DNA of 64,000 bases from Rhodothermaceae bacterium (GCA_009838195.1 VXSC01000002.1:82139-146138), one strand, 5' to 3'. Counted from the stretch's first letter, positions 11,504 to 21,855 are shown. The notes: a model not told the origin generated them from the letters alone. Program-made: numbers and translations.

Positions 11504-11528
11504 TGAATAAAATCAGGGTAAATTTTTG

Positions 11529-11984
11529 TTATGTATGCTCTGAAACACGTGAAACGCGTTCGCCCGCGCTTACGGCCAATTGATCGACCCGGTTATTGAG
11601 TTTATTGTTCGCGTGGGCTTTAACTTTGATCCATTGGACGCTATGTTTTTGGGTTTCATTCCATAGGGCCTGCCAGAGATCTTGATTTTTCACTGGCTGG
11701 CGATTTGTAGTCATCCAGCCGTTTGAACGCCATTTATCGATCCAGCCATCCGTAAACGCTCGTTTGAGATATTGACTATCCGTATGAAGTTTTACATCGC
11801 AACGCTCTTTCAAGGCTTTCAAAGCCTGCAAAGCTGCATTCAGTTCCATGCGATTATTCGTCGTTTCCAGTGAGCCCCCTGAAAGAACACGTTCCTCCGT
11901 TCCGTACCGAAGGATGGCGGCCCAGCCGCCTGGTCCGGGATTACCTTGACAACTCCCATCCGTATAGATCGTTACCTTCTTCAC
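11529..11984 (-). CDS. rnhA: Ribonuclease HI
   Basis: IYTDGSCQGNPGPGGW, TTNNRMEL, TDSQY, VKNQDLW, KAH and NNRVDQLA. GTG start. Confidence 0.97.
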   Translation of the reverse strand: MKKVTIYTDGSCQGNPGPGGWAAILRYGTEERVLSGGSLETTNNRMELNAALQALKALKERCDVKLHTDSQYLKRAFTDGWIDKWRSNGWMTTNRQPVKNQDLWQALWNETQKHSVQWIKVKAHANNKLNNRVDQLAVSAGERVSRVSEHT

Positions 11985-11991
11985 TGTCTCA

Positions 11992-13008
11992 ATGCGATTT
12001 ATAGATCAAGTTACCGTTTATGTACGAAGTGGTCATGGGGGTGCTGGAAGCGTAGCATTTCGGCGTGAAAAATATGTTCCAAAGGGCGGTCCGGCAGGAG
12101 GAAATGGCGGGCAAGGCGGTTCTGTAATTCTCCAGGCAGACAAACATCTGTATACGCTGCTGGATTTGCGATACAACCCACACCAGCGTGCGCCCCGGGG
12201 CGAAGGGGGGCAGGGGAACAACCGTGCCGGTAAAGACGGTGGGGACCTGGTTTTGCGCGTACCCTGCGGCACGATTGCCCGGGTGTCGGACAGTGGAGAG
12301 CTCTTGGGTGAAGTGGTAAAGCATGATGACCAGCTTGTACTCGCGAAAGGCGGGCGGGGTGGCAAAGGAAATACATTCTTTAAATCTGCTACGCGACAGG
12401 TTCCCCGTTATGCTCAACCTGGAGAGCCGGGTGAGGAAAAAACGATCCAACTGGAGTTAAAGATGTTGGCGGATGTCGGCCTGGTCGGATTTCCAAATGC
12501 GGGTAAAAGCACGTTAGTTGCCTCTGTTTCTGCTGCGCGCCCGAAAATTGCCGATTACCCATTTACCACACTTGCCCCAAGCCCTGGTGTCGTCCGTGTA
12601 GATGAATATGAGTCATTCGTGATTGCTGATATTCCCGGCATTATTGAGGGGGCAAGTAAGGGGAAGGGGTTGGGGCTACGCTTCCTTAGGCATATTGAGC
12701 GCAATGCAGTACTGCTATTTTTAATCCCGGTGATCTCTGACGATATTGTCTCTGAATTTGAGAATCTTATGCAGGAATTACACAATTATGACCCAAAGCT
12801 TTCTCAGAAACGTCGATTTATTGCGCTGTCAAAAGCAGACTTGCTCCCCGAAGAAGAACATGCATATTATCTCGATCAGGCTCGCCGCCGGTTTGGTTCA
12901 CAAGAGGATGTATTTCTGATTAGCGCAGTAGCCGACTTTGGATTAGATACATTAAAGCGGGAGTTGTGGAAATGTGTTCAAGAGGAGCAGCTGCAGAGCG
13001 AATCATGA
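11992..13008 (+). CDS. obgE: GTPase ObgE/CgtA
   Basis: Gly-rich Obg fold FRREKYVPKGGP, G1 GFPNAGKST, ADYPFTT and G3 DIPG. Confidence 0.98.
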   Translation: MRFIDQVTVYVRSGHGGAGSVAFRREKYVPKGGPAGGNGGQGGSVILQADKHLYTLLDLRYNPHQRAPRGEGGQGNNRAGKDGGDLVLRVPCGTIARVSDSGELLGEVVKHDDQLVLAKGGRGGKGNTFFKSATRQVPRYAQPGEPGEEKTIQLELKMLADVGLVGFPNAGKSTLVASVSAARPKIADYPFTTLAPSPGVVRVDEYESFVIADIPGIIEGASKGKGLGLRFLRHIERNAVLLFLIPVISDDIVSEFENLMQELHNYDPKLSQKRRFIALSKADLLPEEEHAYYLDQARRRFGSQEDVFLISAVADFGLDTLKRELWKCVQEEQLQSES

Positions 13009-13985
13009 AGAAACAAAATGTCCTGGTTGCCAAAACTGAGCAGCGTTTGGATGTGGCCTTGGCATGCATGCCCGATATTGGGTCTCGGAATCAGGCACAG
13101 AAAGTCATTCGAGCTGGCGGTGTGACGGTAGATGAAAAAACTGTGGTGCGTCCATCCCATCCCGTAACCCCAGGTCTCGTCATTCGGTGGACATCGCCCA
13201 CCGTGGAGCCAATGAGTCTTCTTCCTCAGGCATTGCCGTTGGATATTGTCTATGAGGATGAGAGCCTTCTAGTGATCAATAAGCCTGCGCGGATGCCGGT
13301 TCATCCTGGAGCAGGGAGACCAACCGGAACCTTGGTAAACGCATTACTGCATCATGTGGACGGAGATTTACCACATGCGCTGGATGAGCCCTTTCGCCCA
13401 GGGATTGTTCACCGGCTGGACATGGATACGACGGGGCTTTTGGTTGTTGCCAAAAACGATGCGGCGCACCGTGCGTTACAGTCCCAATTTGAAGCGCGAT
13501 CCGTTGATAGACATTATGTTGGAATCGTTTGGGGAGTGCCAGATCCCCGATCAGGTACCATAGATGCTCCAATTAGTAGATCTGCACGTAACCGGACTAT
13601 AATGGCAGTACGTCCTGATGGCCGTCATGCAATCACACATTATGAAACACATGAAATTCTGGGTCCAGCCGCTTTGGTACAGTTCAAGCTGGAGACGGGC
13701 CGAACCCATCAAATCAGGGTGCATTTGAGCCACATGGGACATCCACTTGTCGGAGATGCAGCGTATGGAGGAGCGACTATCAAGCATGGCCCCGTTACAA
13801 GAAATCGGCGGGCATTTTATGCGAATATCTTCGATGTATTGGATAGGCAGGCACTGCACGCACGGTCGCTGGGGTTTTGTCACCCCGATTCTGGGGATAG
13901 GATGGAATTCGTGGCAGACCTTCCGGAGGACATAGTCTGGACTAGAGAGCAGTTGCGCAAAGATGTTGCTCACTTCCGAGGTTGA
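13005..13985 (+). CDS. rluD: RluA/RluD-family pseudouridine synthase
   Basis: S4-like N-terminus, INKP, catalytic VHRLDMDTTG, LETGRTHQIRVH and RQALHA. ATGA overlap with obgE. Confidence 0.9.
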   Translation: MKKQNVLVAKTEQRLDVALACMPDIGSRNQAQKVIRAGGVTVDEKTVVRPSHPVTPGLVIRWTSPTVEPMSLLPQALPLDIVYEDESLLVINKPARMPVHPGAGRPTGTLVNALLHHVDGDLPHALDEPFRPGIVHRLDMDTTGLLVVAKNDAAHRALQSQFEARSVDRHYVGIVWGVPDPRSGTIDAPISRSARNRTIMAVRPDGRHAITHYETHEILGPAALVQFKLETGRTHQIRVHLSHMGHPLVGDAAYGGATIKHGPVTRNRRAFYANIFDVLDRQALHARSLGFCHPDSGDRMEFVADLPEDIVWTREQLRKDVAHFRG

Positions 13986-14000
13986 TAAACCAATAATCCA

Positions 14001-15287
14001 GTGAAGAGCACTTTTCAGACAATAGAGGGAACGAACGATCTGCTGCCTGGCGCCCAGAGGGCACTGGTACGCACAGAGGTATGGCGTTATGTAGAGCGTG
14101 TGATTCATGAGGTCATGCACCGGCATGGATTTTCAGAAATCCGGACTCCCGTTTTAGAGCCTACCGGACTCGTTGCACGGGCCATTGGGCAACTTTCTGA
14201 TATTGTCTCCAAGGAGATGTTTACGTTTGAGCGCGGAGATACGAGTTATGTCCTGCGACCAGAGCTGACTGCCCCCATCATGCGATCCTATTTACAGCAT
14301 CATTTGGATCAGCAGCCGGGGGTACAGCGACTGTACTATATCGGTGCCTGCTTTCGGGCCGAGCGCCCACAGAAAGGACGATATAGGCAGTTCCACCAAT
14401 TCGGAGCAGAAATCATCGGGACCGAAGATCCAAGAGCAGATGCAGACATCATCGCGGTGATGATGGAGGTTTATCAGGCGCTCGAGCTTCTAGGGACCAA
14501 GCTTATCATCAACACACTTGGAAGTGCGGAGACCCGGCCAAAATATCGCGAGGCATTAGTCAATTACCTTGAGCCACACCGGGAGAATCTAACCAAGGTC
14601 AGTCGTGAGCGTCTCTCTCGTAATCCGCTTCGGATCCTGGACACAAAAGTCGAGGCAGAACGCAAGATTCTTGAACAGGCTCCCTGTTTACATGATTACC
14701 TTGACGAAAAGAGTCAGGTGAACTACGAGGCCCTTAAGAGACTTCTTGAGTCGATAGGGATTACGTACGTAGAGGATCCAATGCTCGTTCGCGGGCTGGA
14801 TTACTATACCCGCACGGCCTTTGAGCTTGAGCATGACGGCATCGGAGCACAGAGTGCACTGGCCGGTGGGGGGCGCTACGACCTCCTGGCCCCTGCAATC
14901 GGGGCAAAGAAGCCTGTCCCTGCCGTTGGTTTTGCGGCGGGCATAGAGCGCCTCATTCTTGCCATGGAAGGATCGGAGTTGTCGCTACCGGAGGCGGATT
15001 CATTTGATGTATGGATGATCGCACTGGGAGATGCAGCGGGTGAAAAAGCATTTACATTTGTGCAAGCTCTTCGAAGGGCAGGGGTACGGGCAGGCCTGGA
15101 GTTAACTAGCCGCTCAATGAAGGCACAAATGCGCCTCGCAAATCGCGCAAACGCAAGTTGGGTTGTCATCCTGGCCGAGGAGGAGATGAAAACCGAAAAA
15201 GCAACTGTCAAGAATATGGTCACCGGGGAACAGACGGCCGTTCAATTTTCTAGATTAATACAAAACCTGACTGGAAAACTCAAATAA
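14001..15287 (+). CDS. hisS: Histidine--tRNA ligase
   Basis: LRPELTAP, FRAERPQKGRYRQFHQ, LVRGLDYYT, GGGRYD and GFAAGIERL. Confidence 0.98.
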   Translation: MKSTFQTIEGTNDLLPGAQRALVRTEVWRYVERVIHEVMHRHGFSEIRTPVLEPTGLVARAIGQLSDIVSKEMFTFERGDTSYVLRPELTAPIMRSYLQHHLDQQPGVQRLYYIGACFRAERPQKGRYRQFHQFGAEIIGTEDPRADADIIAVMMEVYQALELLGTKLIINTLGSAETRPKYREALVNYLEPHRENLTKVSRERLSRNPLRILDTKVEAERKILEQAPCLHDYLDEKSQVNYEALKRLLESIGITYVEDPMLVRGLDYYTRTAFELEHDGIGAQSALAGGGRYDLLAPAIGAKKPVPAVGFAAGIERLILAMEGSELSLPEADSFDVWMIALGDAAGEKAFTFVQALRRAGVRAGLELTSRSMKAQMRLANRANASWVVILAEEEMKTEKATVKNMVTGEQTAVQFSRLIQNLTGKLK

Positions 15288-15289
15288 TT

Positions 15290-16180
15290 ATGTATCCACG
15301 TCTCCTTGAGATTCCGATCCCCATTGAATTTTTGGGCATGGAGTCGATTACGATCTATTCATTTGGTGCAATGATGGCCACCGGGTTCCTGGTGGCGGCT
15401 TGGCTCATGCGACGTGAGCTTGATCGATTATATCAAAAGGGAAAGCTTCAATCTGTACAGATTGAAGCAAAGAAAGGGCGTAAGCAAAAACAAAACGTCG
15501 ATACAAGTCCGGCATCGCTGGTGGGCACAATTACAGTGATTGCGGTTATTGGAGGCATTATCGGGGCAAAGGTTTTTCATATTCTGGAAAATTGGGGAGA
15601 TTTCATGGTTGACCCCGGTGGAATGATTTTTTCCCAAGGCGGGCTCACCTTCTATGGGGGCTTGATCTTTGCCGCAGTCGGAATTATCTGGTATGTTCGC
15701 AAGCACGGCGTTCACTTACCTCTTTTTATTGATGCCACACTGCCGACAGTCATGTTGGCGTATGGGATTGGACGGATTGGGTGTCATCTCGCGGGGGACG
15801 GAGATTGGGGGATCCCCTCAAATCCAGACATACAACCAAGCTTTATACCGGATTGGCTGTGGGGAGAGACCTATCCGAATAATATTCTTGGCCAGACATT
15901 GCCCGAATCTGGTGTTTATCCAACATCCATCTACGAATTTGTGATGGCGACAGTATTATTTGCAGTGCTGATGAGCTTACGTAATCATCCATTCCGTGCA
16001 GGTTGGCTGGCATCACTTACCGTACTGTTTTTTGGGGTAGAACGTCTTTTGATTGAGCAGATCCGGGTCAACAATGTGTTTGAATTTATCGGTCTGGAGG
16101 TCACACAGGCGGAAGTGATCTCGGTGATCATGATTCTTATGGGGATCGCGGGGCTGGTATTTACAACCCGGAAGAAATAG
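15290..16180 (+). CDS. lgt: Prolipoprotein diacylglyceryl transferase
   Basis: Multi-TM protein with GGLTFYGG, GIGRIGC, YPTSIYE and RLLIEQIR. Confidence 0.93.
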   Translation: MYPRLLEIPIPIEFLGMESITIYSFGAMMATGFLVAAWLMRRELDRLYQKGKLQSVQIEAKKGRKQKQNVDTSPASLVGTITVIAVIGGIIGAKVFHILENWGDFMVDPGGMIFSQGGLTFYGGLIFAAVGIIWYVRKHGVHLPLFIDATLPTVMLAYGIGRIGCHLAGDGDWGIPSNPDIQPSFIPDWLWGETYPNNILGQTLPESGVYPTSIYEFVMATVLFAVLMSLRNHPFRAGWLASLTVLFFGVERLLIEQIRVNNVFEFIGLEVTQAEVISVIMILMGIAGLVFTTRKK

Positions 16181-16181
16181 C

Positions 16182-17579
16182 ATGACCCAGACCACTGCGG
16201 CGCAGTCGCTCGGGGCCTGGCTCAAAGAGGCAGATCGCTGTGTGAGCACATGGGAAGCACGTTGGGGTCCCTATGAGCCGCATCCATCTCTCCGTGTAGA
16301 TCATGAGGCTCTGAGCGCCTCGTATGAAGCCTATGTGAATCGGCTCACGGGGAATTATCCTTTCTTCCACCCCCGTTATGCAGGACAGATGCTCAAGCCA
16401 CCGCATCCAGTTGCGATTCTGGGTTACCTTACGGCAATGCGCATTAATCCGAACAACCATGCGCTGGATGGTGGGCCGCCAACGGCGGCAATGGAAAAAG
16501 AGGTAGTCATCGAACTGGCCAAGATGTTCGAGTTCCCGATAAATGCGTTGGGACATCTGACCAGTAGCGGAACGATTGCCAATCTGGAGGCGCTCTTTGT
16601 AAGCCGGGAGGAGCACCCAGACAAAACGATCGCGGTCAGCCAGGAAGCCCATTACACGCATGCCCGCATGGGCCATGTGCTGGGTGTATCGGTAGAGAAT
16701 ATTGCCGCTGATACAAATGGTCGAATGGACCTGGAAGCACTCGAAAAGGCTCTCCGGTCGCGGAAGATCGGAACGGTGGTTCTGACTGCTGGCACGACCG
16801 GCTTGGGAACGGTAGATTCGATAGCAGAAGCGATCCCTCTGTGCCGGCAATATGGTGTGCGAGTTCATGTGGATGCTGCATACGGAGGGTTCTTCAGATT
16901 GCTGAGCAGGAGCGAGATATTGGATCCTGTAGTTGCCAGAAATCTTGATGCAGTCAAAGACGCGGATTCAGTTGTTTTGGACCCCCATAAACACGGACTT
17001 CAGCCATATGGCTGTGGATGCGTTCTCTATCGTGACCCAACGATGGCAAAGCACTATTTGCATGATTCTCCATACACTTACTTTACGAGTGAGGACCTGC
17101 ATCTGGGTGAAATCAGCCTGGAGTGCTCACGGGCCGGCGCGGCAGCAGGGGCATTGTGGCTGACTCTGCAGCTGTTACCATTGTCTGCAGATGAGGGGCT
17201 GGGCCCTATACTCTCTTCCTGTTTAGAGGCCGCACAGCGTTGGCATGCTGCACTGGAGGATACCCCACTCAGAAGCTGGGGAAAGCCGGAACTGGATATC
17301 GCGTGTTATTACCCCGAGGCGAATCCAAATTCTGCCAGCGCTATTGACCGGGCTTCTCAGGCACTTTTTGAAAATTCGATGGCTTCCACGACGAACCCGG
17401 TGTTTCTGAGCGTTCTTCGTGTACAGTCGGCAGATTTACGTGCCCGCACGCCCGATATGGAGATGGATCAGGAGAGTGTTCGAATTCTGAGAAGTGTCCT
17501 GATGCGTCCTGAGCAGGCGAATTTTGCAGAGTCGCTGGTAGACTCCCTAGTGGGTTTTGTACAGTCTCATGTCCGTTGA
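16182..17579 (+). CDS. Group II PLP-dependent amino-acid decarboxylase
   Basis: HLTSSGTIANLEAL, AHY, TAGTT, HVDAAYGG and PLP-lysine motif DPHKHG. Confidence 0.85.
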   Translation: MTQTTAAQSLGAWLKEADRCVSTWEARWGPYEPHPSLRVDHEALSASYEAYVNRLTGNYPFFHPRYAGQMLKPPHPVAILGYLTAMRINPNNHALDGGPPTAAMEKEVVIELAKMFEFPINALGHLTSSGTIANLEALFVSREEHPDKTIAVSQEAHYTHARMGHVLGVSVENIAADTNGRMDLEALEKALRSRKIGTVVLTAGTTGLGTVDSIAEAIPLCRQYGVRVHVDAAYGGFFRLLSRSEILDPVVARNLDAVKDADSVVLDPHKHGLQPYGCGCVLYRDPTMAKHYLHDSPYTYFTSEDLHLGEISLECSRAGAAAGALWLTLQLLPLSADEGLGPILSSCLEAAQRWHAALEDTPLRSWGKPELDIACYYPEANPNSASAIDRASQALFENSMASTTNPVFLSVLRVQSADLRARTPDMEMDQESVRILRSVLMRPEQANFAESLVDSLVGFVQSHVR

Positions 17580-18330
17580 TCCCCCACTTATCATTGCCGG
17601 ACGCAATGCAGTCCGGGAGGCATTGGAGCGCACCCCCGAATCACTGGAGAAGGTATGTCTTCAACGAGATGCTCGCGGTTTGAACCAAATTCGAAGCCTT
17701 GCAACCAGAGCGGGGATTCCGGTTCAAATGTTGCCAAAGGACGGACTACGGCGTTTGGCAGATGGGATGACGCATCAAGGAGCTGTAGCATTTCAGGCTG
17801 CGTTTTCCTATGCGGATTATTCGGTGATGTTAAAAGACATTGCAGCAGACCTTGATACGGTACGGGCACAGCGCCCGCGGTTATTGTTGTTGGATGGGAT
17901 TCAGGATCCCCGAAATTTTGGCGCTATCGTCCGTTCGGCTGTTGCATTTGGTGTTCAGGGACTCATTGTATGCGCTCATCACATGGCCCCGGCCAATGCG
18001 GCTATGGTCAAGGCTAGCAGTGGCACTGCGCTGCGGATGCCGATTGCTCGCGTTGGTCGACTTGCAGATGTAATTCCCGAGCTAAAAGAACGGGGTTATT
18101 TTGTGTATGGTACAGCGGCCCACGGAGCGCATTCGATCTGGGAGATGGACTGGAACTGTCCTGTCGCACTGGTGATCGGTAGTGAGGGGAGAGGATTATT
18201 CCCGGATACGGAACGCATTTGTGACCGTCTGGTCTCGATTCCCATGGACGGGGATGTCGAATCACTGAATGCGTCCGTCGCGACCGGTGTCCTCTTGGCG
18301 TTGGCTTTTCAGCCGGGCTATAGGGGCTAA
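17569..18330 (+). CDS. rlmB: 23S rRNA Gm2251 2'-O-methyltransferase (SpoU/TrmH family)
   Basis: GRNAVREAL, HQG, DGIQDPRNFGAIVRS, IGSEGRG and ESLNASVA. Confidence 0.92.
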   Translation: MSVDPPLIIAGRNAVREALERTPESLEKVCLQRDARGLNQIRSLATRAGIPVQMLPKDGLRRLADGMTHQGAVAFQAAFSYADYSVMLKDIAADLDTVRAQRPRLLLLDGIQDPRNFGAIVRSAVAFGVQGLIVCAHHMAPANAAMVKASSGTALRMPIARVGRLADVIPELKERGYFVYGTAAHGAHSIWEMDWNCPVALVIGSEGRGLFPDTERICDRLVSIPMDGDVESLNASVATGVLLALAFQPGYRG

Positions 18331-18405
18331 ACGAAAAAATAGTTTTTTGTCGCGCCCAAGCAGAATCGGTGATGATCTGCTCCAATTCAATCGAGGAATC
18401 AGTCA

Positions 18406-19848
18406 CTATCTGCCTAGTTCAGCCATCACTTGCTGCACTTGGTCTCCGAATGTGCGCGCTCTTTCAATGACCTCTTTTTCGTCCACGGTGAGGACTTTAC
18501 GGTCTTGAACGACGATACGGCCATTCACGATTACAGTATTGACATCGCTTCCACTAACCGCGTACACCAAGTGTGAATAGACACGATAATGCGGTGTCAG
18601 TCCCGCACGATCCATGTCAACAAGTACGACATCGGCGCGCTTCCCCGGTTCTAACGAGCCAATCTCTTCGTGCAGATTCAGTACTCTTGCACTGCCCATG
18701 GTCGCCATTCGGAAAACGGTTTCCGCTGGCAGGGCAGCGGGGTCGCCGAGCGCCAATTTATGAACCTTTGCAGCGGTATCCATTTCATCAAACAGATCGA
18801 GATCATTGTTGGAGGCGGGACCATCTGTTCCGAGTCCCACTGGAATTCCTGCAGAGAGTGCCTTGGTGATCGGGGCGACCCTTTCGATTCCAAGTTTCAT
18901 GTTACTCTGAGGGTTATGTGCGATTCCGGCACCGCTTGCAGCAATTTGTGAAACGTCTTCGTCTGACAGGTAGATCGAATGGGCGAGCACGGTCCCAGGC
19001 CGGAGCGCACCAATAGAGTCGAGCGCCTCAATGACTCCCATGCCAGCTAACTCACGAAAGGTTGGGTTCTCGGAGGAATCTTCAAGTACGTGGATTTGAA
19101 ATGGAGCACTATAGCGCTCTGCAAGCCGGAAAGCAGCTTCGATATCTGAAAGAGGTGTGGTATAAACTGCATGGGCAGCGACAGACGGAACTACAGTGGG
19201 ATGGTCTTGATACTGCTCCATGAATTCTGCCGCATCCGATAGGGATTCTTCGGGAGAGGCGTAGTCTGGCGCGGGAAAGCCGATGACGTGTGGGCCAGTT
19301 ACGATGCGAATCCCAGCTTCGGCCGAGGCTCTCACAATATCATCACGGAAGTAGTACATGTCCGCAAAGGTGGTGGTGCCACTTTTCAGCATCTCAATAG
19401 ATGAGAGCAAGGTGCCCCAGTACACAAAATCCGGCTCCACAAGTGCAGCCTCTGCTGGGAAGATGTAGTCATTGAGCCAGGTGAGTAGGGGGAGGTCGTC
19501 AGCCAGTCCACGCAGAAGAGACATGGCCGCATGCCCATGGGTATTGATCAGGCCGGGAATCACAAGATGCCCAGTTGCATCAATTCGCATGACTCCTTCC
19601 GGTCGAGGTGCATCAAACTCAAGTAACGCAGCAATGCGATCATCCTCAATTAGCACTGCGCCACCTTCGAGGATCGTTCCAGTGCTATCCATCACTACGA
19701 CCGTTCCACCGTCGATCAGAATGGGGCGGGTGTCACCCTCCCCAAGTTCGCGATCTCCCGTACATCCCATACTCAAGGTCAGAAGCAATGCGATCAGCCA
19801 TTTCGAATGAGTAGGGATGCGCTTATTAATATTAATGCCTTGGTACAT
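18406..19848 (-). CDS. Amidohydrolase of MTA/SAH deaminase type with a lipoprotein signal peptide
   Basis: PGLINTHGH, GTTTFADMY, HNPQSNMKL, GLGTDGPASNN and GSLEPGKRAD. N-terminal lipobox-like LLLTLSMG-C. Confidence 0.85.
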   Translation of the reverse strand: MYQGININKRIPTHSKWLIALLLTLSMGCTGDRELGEGDTRPILIDGGTVVVMDSTGTILEGGAVLIEDDRIAALLEFDAPRPEGVMRIDATGHLVIPGLINTHGHAAMSLLRGLADDLPLLTWLNDYIFPAEAALVEPDFVYWGTLLSSIEMLKSGTTTFADMYYFRDDIVRASAEAGIRIVTGPHVIGFPAPDYASPEESLSDAAEFMEQYQDHPTVVPSVAAHAVYTTPLSDIEAAFRLAERYSAPFQIHVLEDSSENPTFRELAGMGVIEALDSIGALRPGTVLAHSIYLSDEDVSQIAASGAGIAHNPQSNMKLGIERVAPITKALSAGIPVGLGTDGPASNNDLDLFDEMDTAAKVHKLALGDPAALPAETVFRMATMGSARVLNLHEEIGSLEPGKRADVVLVDMDRAGLTPHYRVYSHLVYAVSGSDVNTVIVNGRIVVQDRKVLTVDEKEVIERARTFGDQVQQVMAELGR

Positions 19849-20169
19849 AGAGAAATCCTTAGCAGTATGGGTATTTACACTGCGATGTGTTTCGGTGACA
19901 AGGAAGATGTTTTTCTTCTACACTGCCAGAGAGTATAGGTTTTTCCAGAATTATTGAGATTTTTCGGACGGGTCCGTCGTCGCCAGCGGGCTTGGTGGGC
20001 CGTTCTGGGTGGAAATGGGATAGGCTGCCACGCACCAGAATTGTCCCCTTTGGATAGCAGCATTGCGTTCCCTTGGTCCGCAATCTTATTGCGGGAAGTT
20101 ATCAACCTTTAGCTACAATATTGCGGTGGGGCGGCACATACTTTCGTTAGACCCACGGTTTGATCTTCT

Positions 20170-21141
20170 TCAAACCTTGGCACGTGAGGTAATCGCAGAA
20201 GTCAATAGAATCACTCCTCCAATAGCAAGGTAAAGGATCAGTTGTGCGCCGTGAACGAAAATAGCATAGGCCGCCGCATCCGGCCGCGCGATCCCGTACA
20301 CGGATGTCAGTGTCAGGATGGTAATACCGTGGAAGGAGCCCAATCCGCCCGGCGTAGGAACCAGGATGCCCAGCACCCCGATGAACATGATTGCCAGACC
20401 ATCCCAGTAGGATAAATCTAGTTCAAACATTACCAGTGGGATGTAGGCCATAAAGCCGTACATCAGCCACATGATTACCGTTGTCCAGATCAGTCGCCAG
20501 CGTTTGGGCGTACGGTATACCGTTTTAATTCCGTTGGCAAATTGGGTGATTAGTGCTGAAAGTCGATTACGCAGGGATGCAGTGAACTTCAAGCGGAGTC
20601 CAATATAGATTATGATCGCAATCATCAGACAACCGACTGCAATCCATACCCATGGCAGTTGTCGTAATGACAATAGCTCAAACAGAGACTGCAGTTGTTC
20701 ACGGATGAATACCAGAGTGATGAGCAGGCCAAAACCCAACACAAGGAGATCAGCGATACGCTCAATGGCCACCGTTCCCAATAGTGCAGAGAATGAGAGT
20801 TTTTTCCTAGTTGACAAATGCGTACACCTGGCAATCTCCCCGGCACGAGGTATTACATAGTTGACCATGTTTCCGACCATGACGGATGCAAACAGATCCA
20901 GTGTGGAGACCCGGGATTTGGAGTCCTCGGGGAGTGCGATGATCAATGCCTGCCATCTGTATGCCCGGATCCAATGACTCAGCAAGGTGACTCCAATCAC
21001 AGGCAGAATCCACCCATAGTGTGCAAAGCGCACGGATTCAATGAATTGTGCAAATTCAACGTCGCGCAGGGACAGCCAGATTAAAAATGCCGCCAGGAGG
21101 AAGGATAGCAGCAGTATATGCAGGCGAACTGGACGAGTCAC
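20170..21141 (-). CDS. Lysylphosphatidylglycerol synthase TM-domain (flippase-like) membrane protein
   Basis: Multi-TM protein with IRAYRW, NYVIPRAGEIAR, ERIAD and PTPGGLG. Confidence 0.85.
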   Translation of the reverse strand: MTRPVRLHILLLSFLLAAFLIWLSLRDVEFAQFIESVRFAHYGWILPVIGVTLLSHWIRAYRWQALIIALPEDSKSRVSTLDLFASVMVGNMVNYVIPRAGEIARCTHLSTRKKLSFSALLGTVAIERIADLLVLGFGLLITLVFIREQLQSLFELLSLRQLPWVWIAVGCLMIAIIIYIGLRLKFTASLRNRLSALITQFANGIKTVYRTPKRWRLIWTTVIMWLMYGFMAYIPLVMFELDLSYWDGLAIMFIGVLGILVPTPGGLGSFHGITILTLTSVYGIARPDAAAYAIFVHGAQLILYLAIGGVILLTSAITSRAKV

Positions 21142-21791
21142 GATCGCAGGTCAATGACTTCAGCCCCCTCAGGTGCTCTGAATTCAAAGGTCTCAGGGGG
21201 GATGGGTAGGCCGACACGAATATTCTCCAGTTCAATCTCCGTACGAACGGAGCTTTGATCCAGAGCAACGATCTGTTTAATCATACGATCATGTTCACGG
21301 ATCCAGAGTGTCAGCGAAGAAATTGCAAAATCCTCTTCCAGGGGGTAGAGCTCAAGCCGAAAATAAGGGACCCCGTCAAGGATTTCACGCGAGGAAGCGT
21401 GGGGATGGTAGAGTTCTCCGTAGGAACGAAAAAGTGCACCAGGAGAATAGGCCAGACCATCCCTATCTACCGTGGTCATGAGGACTTGGTTGTCTGCTGC
21501 GCGATAAATCCATACTTCTTCACCTTGTCCAGTGATGACTTCATGAAGCGTTTCAATACGGTAACGGTCACCCCAAAGCTGTACCGTTCCCGTCAGGGTT
21601 TGTGATCCATCCCAGGCTTCAGACGTGAGGTGATGCACAAATGTGGCCTCCATGGTATTCTGATAACGGGCGACTACCTCGTCCAACAGCGCCACTGGAG
21701 ATGGCACCTGCGCCAGAACACCGGTAGACACTGGAACGATGTACCCAATAAGAATAAGAGCTACTCTCAGCCCCGAGGCAGAACGAATCAT
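21138..21791 (-). CDS. lolA: Outer-membrane lipoprotein carrier LolA-like protein
   Basis: Signal peptide, G-x-RYRIE, VWIY..DNQV and C-terminal FEFRAPEGAEVIDLR. Start set at MIRSAS. Confidence 0.75.
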   Translation of the reverse strand: MIRSASGLRVALILIGYIVPVSTGVLAQVPSPVALLDEVVARYQNTMEATFVHHLTSEAWDGSQTLTGTVQLWGDRYRIETLHEVITGQGEEVWIYRAADNQVLMTTVDRDGLAYSPGALFRSYGELYHPHASSREILDGVPYFRLELYPLEEDFAISSLTLWIREHDRMIKQIVALDQSSVRTEIELENIRVGLPIPPETFEFRAPEGAEVIDLRS

Positions 21792-21855
21792 AGGAGTCGT
21801 ACTATAACTCAACGTGTGGTGTTCGCTTAGTCTCAGGTCCAACATAACCACAAGA

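Noticed and set aside
11989..12450. Long antisense or overlapping ORFs (also 1184-1768, 13551-14126, 16161-16868, 61244-61891)
   Set aside because: These are shadows of well-supported genes and carry no recognisable motifs.
19849..20169. SAM/SAH riboswitch upstream of the deaminase
   Set aside because: Some hairpins and the palindrome CCGCAAT-CTT-ATTGCGG are present, but I could not match a riboswitch consensus.
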